The notes beneath the pieces were generated by a model. That model ran no database searches, was not told the DNA's origin, and was given only the letters and a program-made list of their open reading frames with translations. Below are positions 9,300 to 20,065 of a stretch of DNA of 64,000 nucleotides, one piece after another. A program made the position numbers and the translations under genes. Position 1 is the first letter of the stretch. Each line of letters begins with the position of its first letter. The stretch is from an uncultured delta proteobacterium (GTDB lineage Bacteria; Desulfobacterota; Desulfuromonadia; Geobacterales; DSM-12255). The stretch is from assembly GCA_963787125.1 (NCBI GenBank), contig CAWBBV010000026.1, positions 1 through 64,000 of the forward strand. Reading direction: 5' to 3'.

Positions 9300-10625
9300 A
9301 TGGCACTTAAAGAGACGCTCAAACAGAAGATTGAAGAGTTCCGTCCCCGTACAACCCGCCTCACCAAAGAATTCGGCAAGGTTGTAATCGACCAGGTTAC
9401 TATTGACCAGGCAATCGGTGGCGCTCGCGACATTCGCAGCCTCGTAACAGACATCTCCTATCTTGATCCACAGGAAGGGATCCGCTTCCGTGGCAAGACC
9501 ATTCCTGAAACATTTGCGGCTCTGCCAAAAGCTGCCGGCTCAAACTATCCGACTGTCGAGTCGTTCTGGTATATGCTCCTTACCGGAGATGTTCCGACAC
9601 AGGCTCAGGTTGACGAAGTTGTTGCTGAGTGGAAAGTCCGTCAGAATGTTCCTGAATACGTATTCAGTGCCATTCGCGCCCTGCCTCGTGACAGCCATCC
9701 GATGGTAATGCTTTCCGTCGGTATCCTGACCCTGCAGAAAGACTCCAAATTTGCCGGTTTCTACAATTCAGGCAAATTCAACAAGAACATTGCCTGGGAA
9801 TATGTATATGAAGACGCTTGTGATATCGTTGCCCGTATCCCGATTATTGCGGCCTTTATTTACAACCTCAAGTATCGCGCTGACAAGCAGATCGCTATCG
9901 ATCCGACTCTCGACATGGGTGCAAACTTTGCTCACATGATCGGTCAGAAAGAAGAGTACAAGGATGTTGCCCGTATGTACTTCATCCTCCATTCTGATCA
10001 TGAGTCAGGCAACGTTTCAGCTCATACAACACACCTTGTTCACTCAGCTCTTTCTGATCCGTACTATGCATACTCAGCAGGCCTCAACGGTCTTGCCGGA
10101 CCACTGCACGGTCTTGCCAATCAGGAAGTTCTCGACTGGACCCTTAAATTCCAGGAAAAATATTGCAAAGATGTTGAGCCAACCGCAGAGCTTATCAAAG
10201 CTGCTCTCTGGGATACTCTCAATGCCGGCCAAGTCATTCCGGGCTATGGACATGCCGTTCTTCGCAAGACAGACCCACGCTACACTTCACAGCGCGAGTT
10301 CTGCCTGAACACTCCGGGCCTGAAAGACTACCCGTTGTTCAAGGTTATCGCCATGATCTTTGAAGTTGCACCTGGTGTTCTCACCGAGCACGGCAAGACC
10401 AAGAACCCATGGCCAAACGTTGATGCTCAGTCCGGCGTTATCCAGATGTATTTTGGCCTCACTGAGTTTGAATTCTACACAGTCCTTTTCGGTGTAGGTC
10501 GTGCACTTGGTTGCATGGCAAACATCACTTGGGACCGTGGTCTTGGCTACGCTCTTGAGCGTCCTAAGTCCGTTACCACAGCAATGCTTGAGCAGTGGGC
10601 TGCAGAAGGCGGCCGTAAGTTCTAA
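9300..10625 (+). CDS. gltA: Citrate synthase, eukaryote-like Geobacteraceae type
   Basis: HSDHESGNVSAH, GLAGPLHGLANQEV, IPGYGHAVLRKTDPRY and NPWPNVDAQSG motifs. Confidence 0.97.
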   Translation: MALKETLKQKIEEFRPRTTRLTKEFGKVVIDQVTIDQAIGGARDIRSLVTDISYLDPQEGIRFRGKTIPETFAALPKAAGSNYPTVESFWYMLLTGDVPTQAQVDEVVAEWKVRQNVPEYVFSAIRALPRDSHPMVMLSVGILTLQKDSKFAGFYNSGKFNKNIAWEYVYEDACDIVARIPIIAAFIYNLKYRADKQIAIDPTLDMGANFAHMIGQKEEYKDVARMYFILHSDHESGNVSAHTTHLVHSALSDPYYAYSAGLNGLAGPLHGLANQEVLDWTLKFQEKYCKDVEPTAELIKAALWDTLNAGQVIPGYGHAVLRKTDPRYTSQREFCLNTPGLKDYPLFKVIAMIFEVAPGVLTEHGKTKNPWPNVDAQSGVIQMYFGLTEFEFYTVLFGVGRALGCMANITWDRGLGYALERPKSVTTAMLEQWAAEGGRKF

Positions 10626-10643
10626 AACAGCTTGCAGCGATGA

Positions 10644-10689
10644 AGCAATAAAAAAGGGGGATGCGATTGCATCCCCCTTTTTTATTGCT
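10644..10689. terminator. Bidirectional intrinsic terminator between convergent gltA and the arn operon
   Basis: Perfect 21-bp inverted repeat AGCAATAAAAAAGGGGGATGC / GCATCCCCCTTTTTTATTGCT. Confidence 0.88.
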
Positions 10690-10709
10690 ATTTAAATTCA
10701 CACTCAGAA

Positions 10710-11750
10710 TTACAGCAGATGCTCGATTTTTTCTCTCTCTTCGACCAGGTAAAACTCTAAAGTCTTCCGCAGGGCATCATCAACCGAAGTTGTCGGTATC
10801 CAGCCGAGGCGCTTCCTGGCGTTTTCTACTGAAGGGACGCGGGTCAGCATATCCTGATATCCCTTGCCGTAAAACTCTCCGGAAGAGACTTCAATCAAGC
10901 GGCAGTTCTCGGCTTTTTCCCTGTAAGCGGGATACTCTTTGACGAGCTCCAGCAGCTTTTCTGCCAGCTCCCTGACGGAAAGATCGTTGGTCGGATTACC
11001 GATATTGAAGATGCCGTGGTCAGCAGCACCATTCTCATTGGCGATTATTTTCATCAGGCAGCTGATGCCGTCTTCAATATAGGTAAATGAACGGCGTTGA
11101 TTGCCACCGTCAACAAGCTGGATGGGTTCACCAGCAAGGATGTTGTAAAGGAACTGGGTCAGGACTCTGGAACTTCCTTCTTTTGCGGTTGAGATAGAGT
11201 CGAGCTTCGGACCGATCCAGTTGAACGGGCGGAAGAGGGTGTAGCGGAGACCTTCGTGTTCGCCGTAGGCATAGATGACCCGGTCCAGCATCTGCTTGGC
11301 GCAGGAGTAGATCCAGCGCTCCTTGTTTATCGGGCCGAGCATGAGCGGCGAGTTCTCTTCATCGAACTCTCTGTCCGGGCTCATGCCGTAAACTTCGGAA
11401 GTTGAAGGGAAGATAACTCGTTTCTTATGCTTGGCGCAAAGGCGGACTATTTTCAGGTTCTCTTCGAAGTCCAGCTCAAAAACGCGGAGCGGGTCTTTAA
11501 CATAGGTTACCGGGGTTGCTATGGCAACCAGCGGAAGGACAACGTCGCACTTCTTGATGTGATATTCGATCCATTCCTTGTTGATGGTGATATCGCCCTC
11601 AAGGAAATGAAAACGTGGATCCCCCAGCGACCTGTCAAGTTTGTCGGTTGCCATGTCGAGACCGTAAACTTCCCAGTCGGTTGTGGTGAGGATGCGGTGG
11701 GTGAGGGCGTTGCCGATGAAGCCGTTGACGCCGAGAATCAGTACTTTCAT
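10710..11750 (-). CDS. UDP-glucuronate dehydrogenase/decarboxylase (stand-alone ArnA C-terminal domain)
   Basis: ILGVNGFIG, FPSTSEVYG, RWIYSCAKQ and FRPFNWIGP motifs. Confidence 0.93.
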   Translation of the reverse strand: MKVLILGVNGFIGNALTHRILTTTDWEVYGLDMATDKLDRSLGDPRFHFLEGDITINKEWIEYHIKKCDVVLPLVAIATPVTYVKDPLRVFELDFEENLKIVRLCAKHKKRVIFPSTSEVYGMSPDREFDEENSPLMLGPINKERWIYSCAKQMLDRVIYAYGEHEGLRYTLFRPFNWIGPKLDSISTAKEGSSRVLTQFLYNILAGEPIQLVDGGNQRRSFTYIEDGISCLMKIIANENGAADHGIFNIGNPTNDLSVRELAEKLLELVKEYPAYREKAENCRLIEVSSGEFYGKGYQDMLTRVPSVENARKRLGWIPTTSVDDALRKTLEFYLVEEREKIEHLL

Positions 11751-11774
11751 GCTATTGTCTCCTTTATAACTCCA

Positions 11775-12695
11775 CTACGGTTCATATCCGAATGCTGCCG
11801 CTTCAAGCGACTGCTTTGTTGTTAAAGCTGCTGCGGTTATTTCTTTTTCACCGTCAAACTGGAGCAATTTGATCTGCAAAAGTCCGTTGCCGGTCCCCAC
11901 GAGCAGTGGTTCAGTGGCAATAACCTTTCCCGGAGCACCGGTTCCCTCCAGAGGCCAAGCTTGCCAGATAATGATGCTCCTGCCGTTCAGCGAGCTGAAT
12001 GCCCCTGGGTAAGGGTGTGTGACTCCACGGATCAGGTTATAGATCTCTACCGCACTCTTTGCCCAGTCGATAAGGCCATCTGCAGGTTTTCTGCCGCCGA
12101 AATATGAGCCTTTGGTCAGATCCATTGCAGTTTTTTGAGCAGTGCCGTCAAGCAGTTTTGGCCATGCACGGCGAATGACAGTTACAGCGGCGTCATTTAC
12201 TTTGCCAAAAACGTCATGTGCTGTGTCGGTAAAGGCTATAGCAACCTTTTCCTGATCGACTATATCACCTGCGTCCGGCTTTTCAACCATGTAGTGCAGT
12301 GTCGCACCTGTCTCGGTATCACCGTTGATAACCGCCCAGTTTATCGGGACTCGACCGCGGTACTTGGGAAGAAAAGAGCCGTGCAGATTGAGTGCACCGG
12401 ATGTTGGTATTTCCAGCAGCTCGGCTTTAATCATGTTGCGGTAGTAGAAAGAAAGGAGAAAGTCCGGGGCTATCTCCCGTACTCTGGTGATATTTTCCGG
12501 TTCATTGATGCTGGTTGTGATGTAAGGGATGGAATGTCTTTCTGCCAGTTCTCTTACTGATGCGAACCAGATCTGTTCCGTCGGTGAATCTTCATGGGTG
12601 AAGATCAGCTGAATGTCGGCGCCTTGAAGAAGCAGCTCTTCCAGACAACGGTAGCCGACATTGTGGTAAGCGCAGGCAACGATCCTATTCCCCAT
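11775..12695 (-). CDS. UDP-L-Ara4N formyltransferase (stand-alone ArnA N-terminal domain)
   Basis: AYHNVG, SFYYR, NLHGSFLPKYRGRVPINW and DAGDI motifs. Confidence 0.92.
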   Translation of the reverse strand: MGNRIVACAYHNVGYRCLEELLLQGADIQLIFTHEDSPTEQIWFASVRELAERHSIPYITTSINEPENITRVREIAPDFLLSFYYRNMIKAELLEIPTSGALNLHGSFLPKYRGRVPINWAVINGDTETGATLHYMVEKPDAGDIVDQEKVAIAFTDTAHDVFGKVNDAAVTVIRRAWPKLLDGTAQKTAMDLTKGSYFGGRKPADGLIDWAKSAVEIYNLIRGVTHPYPGAFSSLNGRSIIIWQAWPLEGTGAPGKVIATEPLLVGTGNGLLQIKLLQFDGEKEITAAALTTKQSLEAAAFGYEP

Positions 12696-13623
12696 TAGTT
12701 GCACCATGGAGTTTACGAACAACGTAACGAGGCCGTCGGCGTACCTCTTGATAGATTCTGCCGACATATTCGCCGACTATGCCGATGCCGAAAATGGTAA
12801 TGCCGATAAAGAAGAAGAGGATGGCAAAAAGAGTGAAGACCCCTTCCACTTCCGCGCCGACGAGGAACCTGCGAACCAGGAGAAAAACAGCGAAACCCAG
12901 GGAAATGAGAGCTGTAATAATGCCGAAAAGAGCAAAAAGCTGGAGTGGCACGACCGAGAAGCCGGTCATCAGGTCAAAGTTCAGGCGGATAAGTTTATAA
13001 AGGGAGTACTTGCTCTCCCCTTCAACCCGCTCTGCATGGGCAACTTCGACCTCAGAAGGTGACGAGGCAAATGTCTGGGCAAGAGCCGGAATGAAGGTGG
13101 ATGCTTCCTGGCACTGATTGATGTTATCAACCACATTGCGATGGTATGCCCGCAGCATGCAGCCGTAGTCGGTCATCTCCATGCCGGTCATTTTACGGGT
13201 GGCAATATTGACCATCCGTGATGCGGACTTGCGGAAGAAGGTGTCCTGCCTTTTCTGGCGGATGCTGCCGACAACGTCATGGCCTTTTTCTATTTCGGCG
13301 ACCAGTTTGGGAATCTCTTCCGGCGGGTTCTGCAGGTCAGCGTCAAGCGTAATAACAATCTCACCACGACTTATTTCAAAGGCGGCCAGAATTGCCATAT
13401 GCTGGCCGAAGTTGCCGTTAAATTCTATAACTCTGACTTCAGGGTGTTGCGCAACTTTCTGCTTCAGAATTGCCAGTGAGCGATCTTTGCTGCCGTCGTC
13501 AGTAAAGATGATTTCAAAAGTTTTGTTTAGCCCCTGCATAACCGGATAAAGCCTTGAGAAGAGATTCTCCAGATTTCCTTCCTCGTTGTAAACCGGGATC
13601 ACAATAGAGAGATAAGGCTTCAT
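12685..13623 (-). CDS. arnC: Undecaprenyl-phosphate Ara4FN transferase (GT2)
   Basis: IPVYNEE, DDGSKD, NFGQHMA, TLDADLQNPPEEIP and DYGCMLRAY motifs; two C-terminal TM helices. Confidence 0.88.
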   Translation of the reverse strand: MKPYLSIVIPVYNEEGNLENLFSRLYPVMQGLNKTFEIIFTDDGSKDRSLAILKQKVAQHPEVRVIEFNGNFGQHMAILAAFEISRGEIVITLDADLQNPPEEIPKLVAEIEKGHDVVGSIRQKRQDTFFRKSASRMVNIATRKMTGMEMTDYGCMLRAYHRNVVDNINQCQEASTFIPALAQTFASSPSEVEVAHAERVEGESKYSLYKLIRLNFDLMTGFSVVPLQLFALFGIITALISLGFAVFLLVRRFLVGAEVEGVFTLFAILFFFIGITIFGIGIVGEYVGRIYQEVRRRPRYVVRKLHGATNGE

Positions 13624-14783
13624 CTTCTGCTCCTGGAAATGACATCCTTTACTGCAGCTACCACATCAGTTGCATCGGCGTCGGTCATTTTAGGGAAAAG
13701 CGGCAAGGAGAGTATCCGGTCAGAAGCGTAGTCAGCATTGGGAAGACTCCCCTCAGGCTGGGGAAGGTTCTCTCTGTACCAACTGTGATGATGGATCGCC
13801 TTGTAATGAAGACCGCTGCCGATATTGAGTTTTTTCAGCTCGCTCATGAAGCCGTCACGGTCGATAGTAAGGAGTTCAATGCGAACCAGTGGCGTGTAGA
13901 GATGCCAGGCGTGGCGCTGCTGGTAAGGGGCGTATTGGGGCAGTGCCAGTTCGGCAATCCCGGCAAGCTCCCGGTTATAAAACTCGGCAATCTCTTTGCG
14001 CCTGTCAATAAAGGCATCAAGTTTGGGAAGCTGATGGATACCGATGGCAGCTTGAATATCCATCATGTTGTATTTGAAGCCAGGGAGAACAATGTCGTAG
14101 TTAGGGGTGCCGCTGGCAGCAAAGCGTTTCCACGCTTCCCTGCTCATACCGTGAAATTTGAGCAGAGAAATCTCTTCAGCCAGTGATTCATCCGGGGTAC
14201 AGACCATGCCACCTTCACCGGTTGTCATGTTTTTGTTCGGGTGGAAGGAGAAAATGGAGATAGTGTCGAGTGAACCGATCCGCGCCCCTTTATATTCGGT
14301 GCCGGCAGCGTGGGCAGCATCTTCAATGATTTTCAGGCCGAACTCTTTTGCCAGGGAAAAAATCGGCTCCATGTCGCATGACTGTCCGGCAAAATGCACA
14401 GGAATGATCGCTACCGTTTGCGGTGTGATCTTTTCCCGAATCTTGGCAGCATCAATATTGAGGGTACCCGGCTCGATATCAACCAGCACCGGTTTTGCGC
14501 CGCAGAGGATACAGATGCTCAGAGTTGAAGCGAAGGTCATGGGTGTAGTAATGATCTCATCACCCGCTTTGATGCCAAGCGCCAGGAGAGTCAGATGCAG
14601 ACCGGCAGTGGCGGAGCTCAAAGGGACAGCGAACGCTGCGCCGACGTAAGCCCTGAAATCCTCTTCGAATCTTTTGACTTTGGGGCCGGTTGTGATCCAG
14701 CCGGAGCGGAGAGAATCAACAACTTCGTTTATCTCGGCATCTTCTATCGTCGGCGTTGAAAAAGGCAAAAACTCCTGGCGCAC
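13620..14783 (-). CDS. arnB: UDP-4-amino-4-deoxy-L-arabinose aminotransferase (DegT family)
   Basis: SGWITTGPKV, EDAAHA and FSFHPNKNMTTGEGG motifs. GTG 14783 follows GGAGG. Confidence 0.88.
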   Translation of the reverse strand: MRQEFLPFSTPTIEDAEINEVVDSLRSGWITTGPKVKRFEEDFRAYVGAAFAVPLSSATAGLHLTLLALGIKAGDEIITTPMTFASTLSICILCGAKPVLVDIEPGTLNIDAAKIREKITPQTVAIIPVHFAGQSCDMEPIFSLAKEFGLKIIEDAAHAAGTEYKGARIGSLDTISIFSFHPNKNMTTGEGGMVCTPDESLAEEISLLKFHGMSREAWKRFAASGTPNYDIVLPGFKYNMMDIQAAIGIHQLPKLDAFIDRRKEIAEFYNRELAGIAELALPQYAPYQQRHAWHLYTPLVRIELLTIDRDGFMSELKKLNIGSGLHYKAIHHHSWYRENLPQPEGSLPNADYASDRILSLPLFPKMTDADATDVVAAVKDVISRSRR

Positions 14784-14874
14784 AGCTACCTCCGCTAAGT
14801 CTAAAAGCAAACATTGCAAACGTTCATTTATGTCATAAAAGCAGCATACTGACAACTGCTTTAAACGCCAATTG

Positions 14875-16362
14875 TCATCGATTGGTTACAAGGATGTCAC
14901 GCCGGTTCTGCATGAGTATCACTGGGGCTTTTCGCCAGCTGTTTGCTGAGGCTTCCAGTTCTGTGATTCTGAGTATCAGGAAAACCTTCCGCTCACTGTC
15001 CCAGGTCTGCTGAAAATGCTCCTGGTTAATAAACCACTCTGACTGGTCACCCTGTTTGCTGCCGAAATTCAGTTCTCCCATCCCGCCGACAACAACGGTT
15101 CGGCGCTTGGCATAAAAGGGAAGGGTCTGGTCGTAGCCGAAGGAGGCAACCATGTCATTGGCGCCGGCCAGCTCTTTCACTCTAAGTGCCATCGATTTGG
15201 AGGTCTTTTTTTCTGCGAGGTTGTTGTAAATAAGGTACGAAGCGATGACAGAGATAAAAATTGTAACAGCCGCAGCAATAGCAATAAAACCGCCCCGAAA
15301 AATCTTCCCTTTTTCTGCCGCAACATCAAAATAGGAAGCCACCAGTAGCGCCAATGGCGGCAAAACCGGGAGGATGTAGGGGGGGAGTTTGGAGTTGGAT
15401 TTGGAAAAGAAAATAAAAATAAAAATAGCCCAGATAGCCAGCCAGGCAAATATCTCTCCCTGTGGCATTTTCCGGTTGCGCCAGGCATCACGGAGAGCTG
15501 ACGGTATAAAGCAGGACCAGGGGAGCATTATGCCAAAGAGAACCGGGATGAAATACCAAAGCGGCTGATAGCGGCCGTGAACCTTGGTAAGAAACCTTTC
15601 GAAATGTTCGTGAATGAAGAAGAATTGGGCAAATTCCGGATTTTTCAGTGAGACCAGAATAAACCAGGGGGCGGCAACGAGAAAGAAAAGTGGAATGCCG
15701 CTGAGTAGGCGCATCTCCCGGAGAAGACACCATCTTTTCCGCAGCAGCAGGAAAAGAAAAATAATCGTGCCAGGAAAAAGAATGCCGATCAATCCTTTGG
15801 CAAGCACGGCAAGCGCCGCACCGATATAAAAGAGATAATAATAGAGGCGTTTTCGCTCGCCTTTATCCTCTACAGCCAGGATGAAGGCGCCGAGGCAGAG
15901 GGTCATGCAGAAAGTCAGCGGCATATCTGTCAGGTTGATTCTTGCCTGAGCGATGAACCCGGCTGAAGAGCCGACTATGACTGCGGCTATAACCCCGGTT
16001 CTTCGCCCCAAAAGCTCGCGCCCAAGCCAGTAAGTGAAAAGAATTGTCAACAGGCCTGACAGGGCGCACGGAAGTCTGGCGGCAAATTCGTTCTGACCAA
16101 AGATGGCAAACGAGATTGAGTTCAGCCAGTAAAGGAGCGGTGGCTTTTCAAAATATTTGACATAATTGAGAGTTGGGGTAATGAAGTCGCAGCGCTCCAG
16201 CATTTCGCGCGGAATCTCGCTATAACGGCCTTCATCTGGCTCAAGCAGCGGGAAGTGTCCGAGCATCTGGAAACAGATGATACCAAAAGTAAGCGTAAGG
16301 ATACTTAAGTCACGGCGAACCTGCCCGGTACGTTCTGTCAGAAAAGTTATTATTCTGTTCAT
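14875..16362 (-). CDS. arnT: ArnT-like lipid A aminoarabinose transferase (GT83/PMT_2)
   Basis: EPDEGRYSEIPREM, YFEKPPLLYW, EFAARLP, LAKG, HEHFERF and KLPPYILP motifs. Confidence 0.85.
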   Translation of the reverse strand: MNRIITFLTERTGQVRRDLSILTLTFGIICFQMLGHFPLLEPDEGRYSEIPREMLERCDFITPTLNYVKYFEKPPLLYWLNSISFAIFGQNEFAARLPCALSGLLTILFTYWLGRELLGRRTGVIAAVIVGSSAGFIAQARINLTDMPLTFCMTLCLGAFILAVEDKGERKRLYYYLFYIGAALAVLAKGLIGILFPGTIIFLFLLLRKRWCLLREMRLLSGIPLFFLVAAPWFILVSLKNPEFAQFFFIHEHFERFLTKVHGRYQPLWYFIPVLFGIMLPWSCFIPSALRDAWRNRKMPQGEIFAWLAIWAIFIFIFFSKSNSKLPPYILPVLPPLALLVASYFDVAAEKGKIFRGGFIAIAAAVTIFISVIASYLIYNNLAEKKTSKSMALRVKELAGANDMVASFGYDQTLPFYAKRRTVVVGGMGELNFGSKQGDQSEWFINQEHFQQTWDSERKVFLILRITELEASANSWRKAPVILMQNRRDILVTNR

Positions 16363-16373
16363 TGGTCTCCAGT

Positions 16374-18263
16374 TCAGTCCGCTGTTCTGTTCAATTTCTG
16401 TTTGTAAGCAAAAGCGCTCCCCTGATAATAGGCCAGTCCGTTCAGGAGCAGATTCTCATCAGCAGGTGAGTTGATCACTATACCATCTTTTCTTGTAAAA
16501 TTGTAATATTCCGTTTTTTTACCAGGGTCAAGCACAAGGAGTTTGTCTCCCTCAATATAGCCCAGTTTCTGATAAGTCCCTATGAAGGCACGCTGAGTAG
16601 AGTCATTGTCGTTGAGAATGTCCTTGCCGAAGAACTTAGAGCTGTAGCTGACATTCAGCATGCCGAGAACTGTCGGGGCAATATCAATCTGGCTCATCAT
16701 CGTGTCGATGTGATGTGGTGTAAGGATAGCCGGTGCGTAGATGATCAGCGGGATTTCGTAATTTTTTAGCGGCAGGGCAATTTTCCTGGCGCTGCCGGCG
16801 CAATGGTCAGCTACAATGATGAAGATAGTATCCTTGAACCACGGTTTTTTCTTTGATTTTTCGATCAATTGACCGATGGCATAGTCAGCGTATTTCACTG
16901 CGCCGTCTCTGCCGGTTTTCGAGGGAATATCGATCTTTCCTTCAGGGTAGGTATACGGCCGGTGGTTGGAGGTGGTCATCACAAAGCTGAAAAAAGGTTT
17001 TTTGCCTTCATGAGATAAATCTGCCTGCTGAACCGTTTTGTCGAACAGATCCTCGTCGCACACCCCCCAGGCATTGGCAAAGCTTATTTCGTTTTTGGCG
17101 AAATTAGTCTGATCGACAGTGGTAAAACCGTTGTTAGCGAAAAAGTAGTTCATGTTGTCAAAGTAGCCACGGCCACCATAAATGAAGCGGTTTTCGTAAC
17201 CATGGCTCTTCATGACAGCGCCCCAGGAGAAGAGACCTTCATTGCCGGGGCGTTTTACTATGGCAGTGCCGGGGAGCGGCGGGATTGAAAGGGTGATGGC
17301 TTCAAGGCCGCGCACTGTTCTGGTGCCGGTTGCATAAAGATGGGTAAAAAGGAGTGACTCCTTTGCCAACTTGTCAAGATTCGGGGTTATCCCCTTTTTA
17401 TTACCGAAGGTGCCCAGATACTCGGCGCTGAAACTCTCTTCGCAGATGAGGATTATGTTGTAGTGGTTCTCCTTGCCACTGGCGTTAATCTGGCGGGACA
17501 GGCCGCGACTGTCAGCGCTTTTAAGCAGGGTTCGCAAACGGTTCATCACCAGGGTGTTATCTTTGGCGGCATAAAAGCGGTTGAAATCAAGCTCATTATT
17601 TCTGAAGGCAGCGGCAAAGCCGTAGAGACCGTTACCGGCAAGTTCGTTGGCATAGTTGTTCGGCGATATTTCACTGAGATTCAGGTTGACCGTCAGAAAA
17701 GCGATGGCCGGAATCAACATCATGACAGTTCCGCTGATGAAGCGCTCCTTAAAGCTGGAAACAAGCGGAAATGAGGCTGTAATGTAACGTTTCAAGGGGA
17801 TGAACGGGGCGATTGTGAGGATTAACAGGCCGCTGACGATCAGGTTGACCGGATAGGATTCGCGGATGTTGCGGACTACTTCAGTCGTATAGATGAGATA
17901 GTCGACTGCGATGAAGTTGTAACGGGTGGCAAATTCATCAAAGAAAACGTACTCGGAAACGACGTTAAAAATCATGGCAAAAGTGTAAAGAAAAAAGAAT
18001 CCGAGAATTACAACCCTGCTGAAGCGGCTGTTGCTGAGTCTGTCCGGGATGATGATTCGCAGGAGTGCAAACGGTATCAGGAAGTATGAAAAAGTGATTA
18101 CGTCGAAAAAAAATCCGACTGCAAAGATTTTAATCAGCAGCGGCAGGGTGAGCTCCAGATTCGGGGCAGATTTGAAAAGGAGAATGATCCTGGTGGCCAG
18201 GGAGGAGAAAGTCATGACGGCAAAGAGAGCTGTCAGTAAACGGTAGTTTTTAAATGGTTTCAT
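16374..18263 (-). CDS. LTA synthase / phosphoglycerol transferase family sulfatase
   Basis: Four to five N-terminal TM helices; EESFS, GTRTVRGLEA, TTSNHRPY and VADH motifs. Confidence 0.9.
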   Translation of the reverse strand: MKPFKNYRLLTALFAVMTFSSLATRIILLFKSAPNLELTLPLLIKIFAVGFFFDVITFSYFLIPFALLRIIIPDRLSNSRFSRVVILGFFFLYTFAMIFNVVSEYVFFDEFATRYNFIAVDYLIYTTEVVRNIRESYPVNLIVSGLLILTIAPFIPLKRYITASFPLVSSFKERFISGTVMMLIPAIAFLTVNLNLSEISPNNYANELAGNGLYGFAAAFRNNELDFNRFYAAKDNTLVMNRLRTLLKSADSRGLSRQINASGKENHYNIILICEESFSAEYLGTFGNKKGITPNLDKLAKESLLFTHLYATGTRTVRGLEAITLSIPPLPGTAIVKRPGNEGLFSWGAVMKSHGYENRFIYGGRGYFDNMNYFFANNGFTTVDQTNFAKNEISFANAWGVCDEDLFDKTVQQADLSHEGKKPFFSFVMTTSNHRPYTYPEGKIDIPSKTGRDGAVKYADYAIGQLIEKSKKKPWFKDTIFIIVADHCAGSARKIALPLKNYEIPLIIYAPAILTPHHIDTMMSQIDIAPTVLGMLNVSYSSKFFGKDILNDNDSTQRAFIGTYQKLGYIEGDKLLVLDPGKKTEYYNFTRKDGIVINSPADENLLLNGLAYYQGSAFAYKQKLNRTAD

Positions 18264-18285
18264 TGCAATAGTCCTACTTTTGTTG

Positions 18286-19152
18286 TTAGAGAATGATTTT
18301 CGCGTAATCTGGCTCTGCCAGTATCACGACCGGAGAGTCGCTCCACGCGTCGCCATCTGCCTGAACAGGTTTTGCGCCGTTGATGCTGATACTGGCAGCG
18401 GTTGTCCTGTAAAGCCGCTCTGAACCGACCTCTCGGAGTGCCGCGGCGGCAATCGCCTTTAGTGAGGCGCTGCGCGAGTTCCCTTTGAGTGCAATGATTT
18501 CGAAGTCCGCAGAGAAGATGTTGGCAGCAGGCGCGAGATTAAAAGCGCCGCCGTAGCGAGCGGCATTGCAGACGATGAGTGAATGGCAGGAGAACTCCTC
18601 CGTTTCGGTTGTTATCTGCAGTTCGCCATGATCCCAGGAGACAAGGCTGCGCAGTGCCGAGAGAAGATAAGCACCTTTACCAAAGAAGCGTTTCTCTTTG
18701 AGTGAAACGCCGCTGACAATATGACCATCAAAGCCGACGCCGGCCATCAGGAAGAAACGACTCGTTCTGACACCGTTTTTTAAGAGCCCGGCGGTAAACG
18801 GTCGCGGCTGACCGGTGATTATCCTGGCAACAGCCTCTGAAGCGCTTCTGACGCCGAGTTCAATAGCCATGACATTGGCCGTCCCCAGCGGCAAAATTGC
18901 ACAGGTGGCGTTGTTGCCGGCCAGCCCATTTAAAACGGCGTTGATTGTACCGTCGCCGCCGGCCGCAATAATCAGGGGGCTCTGCGGAGCGCTGCTGACA
19001 GTCGCCGCTGTTTCAGTCATTTCATCGAAGTCATGGCAGAATATCTGTTCAACCGCGACTCCGCCGCTTGAAATTTGCGAGCAGATGCTGTCAAAGCGAT
19101 GCTGTGAAAAGCTTCCGGCGCCTTTGTTGGCGATGATGATGCAATTTCTCAC
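18286..19152 (-). CDS. Diacylglycerol/lipid kinase (YegS/DAGK family)
   Basis: AAGGDGTINAV, LPLGTANV, AGVGFD, NAARYGG and QADG motifs. Confidence 0.9.
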   Translation of the reverse strand: MRNCIIIANKGAGSFSQHRFDSICSQISSGGVAVEQIFCHDFDEMTETAATVSSAPQSPLIIAAGGDGTINAVLNGLAGNNATCAILPLGTANVMAIELGVRSASEAVARIITGQPRPFTAGLLKNGVRTSRFFLMAGVGFDGHIVSGVSLKEKRFFGKGAYLLSALRSLVSWDHGELQITTETEEFSCHSLIVCNAARYGGAFNLAPAANIFSADFEIIALKGNSRSASLKAIAAAALREVGSERLYRTTAASISINGAKPVQADGDAWSDSPVVILAEPDYAKIIL

Positions 19153-19153
19153 G

Positions 19154-20065
19154 TCAGGGAACACCTTTCCAGCGGCGATAGAACCAATTCCACTGGGTCG
19201 GATGCTGGAGGATGTGCTTTTCAATTGCCTGGTTCATCTTGATGGTGCCGTCGAGAATCCGCTCTGCGTCGCTCCCCACAGTCAACAGCTCAATTTCAGG
19301 GTAGATGGTTGTAATGTTTTTGCCGTTTTCCCGATGGATAAAAAATGGGAGTAGGGCAGCTCCCGTTTTGAGTGCAAGTTTTGCCGGCATAAAAGTGGTC
19401 CAGCAGGGACGGTCAAAAAAGTCGACAAGCATGCCGTGAGGAGGACGTATCACCTGATCCGGCAGCATGCCGAGTGCTCCGTTTTCTTTCAAATAAGTCA
19501 GCATCTCTCGAACGCCGTTGTCCCTGTAGATGATTTTGTTTCCGTAGCGAGTACGGATCTTTTCCAGAACCTTGCTGAAATAGTCTTTTTTCATTTCACG
19601 GGCTACAACCCCGATAGGGGTAACGCCTAAGCCGAATGCAATTGCCATCAGTTCCCAGTTGCCGCTGTGAGCGGTAATGCCGACAATGCCTTTTCCTTTA
19701 CGGTGGGCAGCCTCATAATTTTCAAGACCTCTGAACTCTACACTTTCAAGCAGGTTTCTCCCTCTGCCGAAATAGAGAAAGCTAAGTTCAGCTATCAGAA
19801 TGCCCATGTTGGCAAAGAGCTGACGTATTATCGCTTCAGGAGAGTTTTCAGAGGAGTTCCACGAAGGTTGGGCTTGAAGGTATGGCAGTGTTTCGGAGAT
19901 GGTCTGTATCCCGGTTCTTCTCCACTTTCGCAGGATGTGATATAGCAGTGTGCCGAACTTCTCACCGATCCTGACAGAAAGTTTCTGCGGTAGTAGCGCA
20001 AACGGTACCATTACTGTCATAAGGGCAAGGTAGGCGGCGAACCAGCGGATGTCATCCCATTTCAT
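19154..20065 (-). CDS. Lipid A late acyltransferase (LpxL/HtrB family)
   Basis: TAHSGNWE, LPDQ and HPTQWNWFYRRWK motifs. Confidence 0.88.
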   Translation of the reverse strand: MKWDDIRWFAAYLALMTVMVPFALLPQKLSVRIGEKFGTLLYHILRKWRRTGIQTISETLPYLQAQPSWNSSENSPEAIIRQLFANMGILIAELSFLYFGRGRNLLESVEFRGLENYEAAHRKGKGIVGITAHSGNWELMAIAFGLGVTPIGVVAREMKKDYFSKVLEKIRTRYGNKIIYRDNGVREMLTYLKENGALGMLPDQVIRPPHGMLVDFFDRPCWTTFMPAKLALKTGAALLPFFIHRENGKNITTIYPEIELLTVGSDAERILDGTIKMNQAIEKHILQHPTQWNWFYRRWKGVP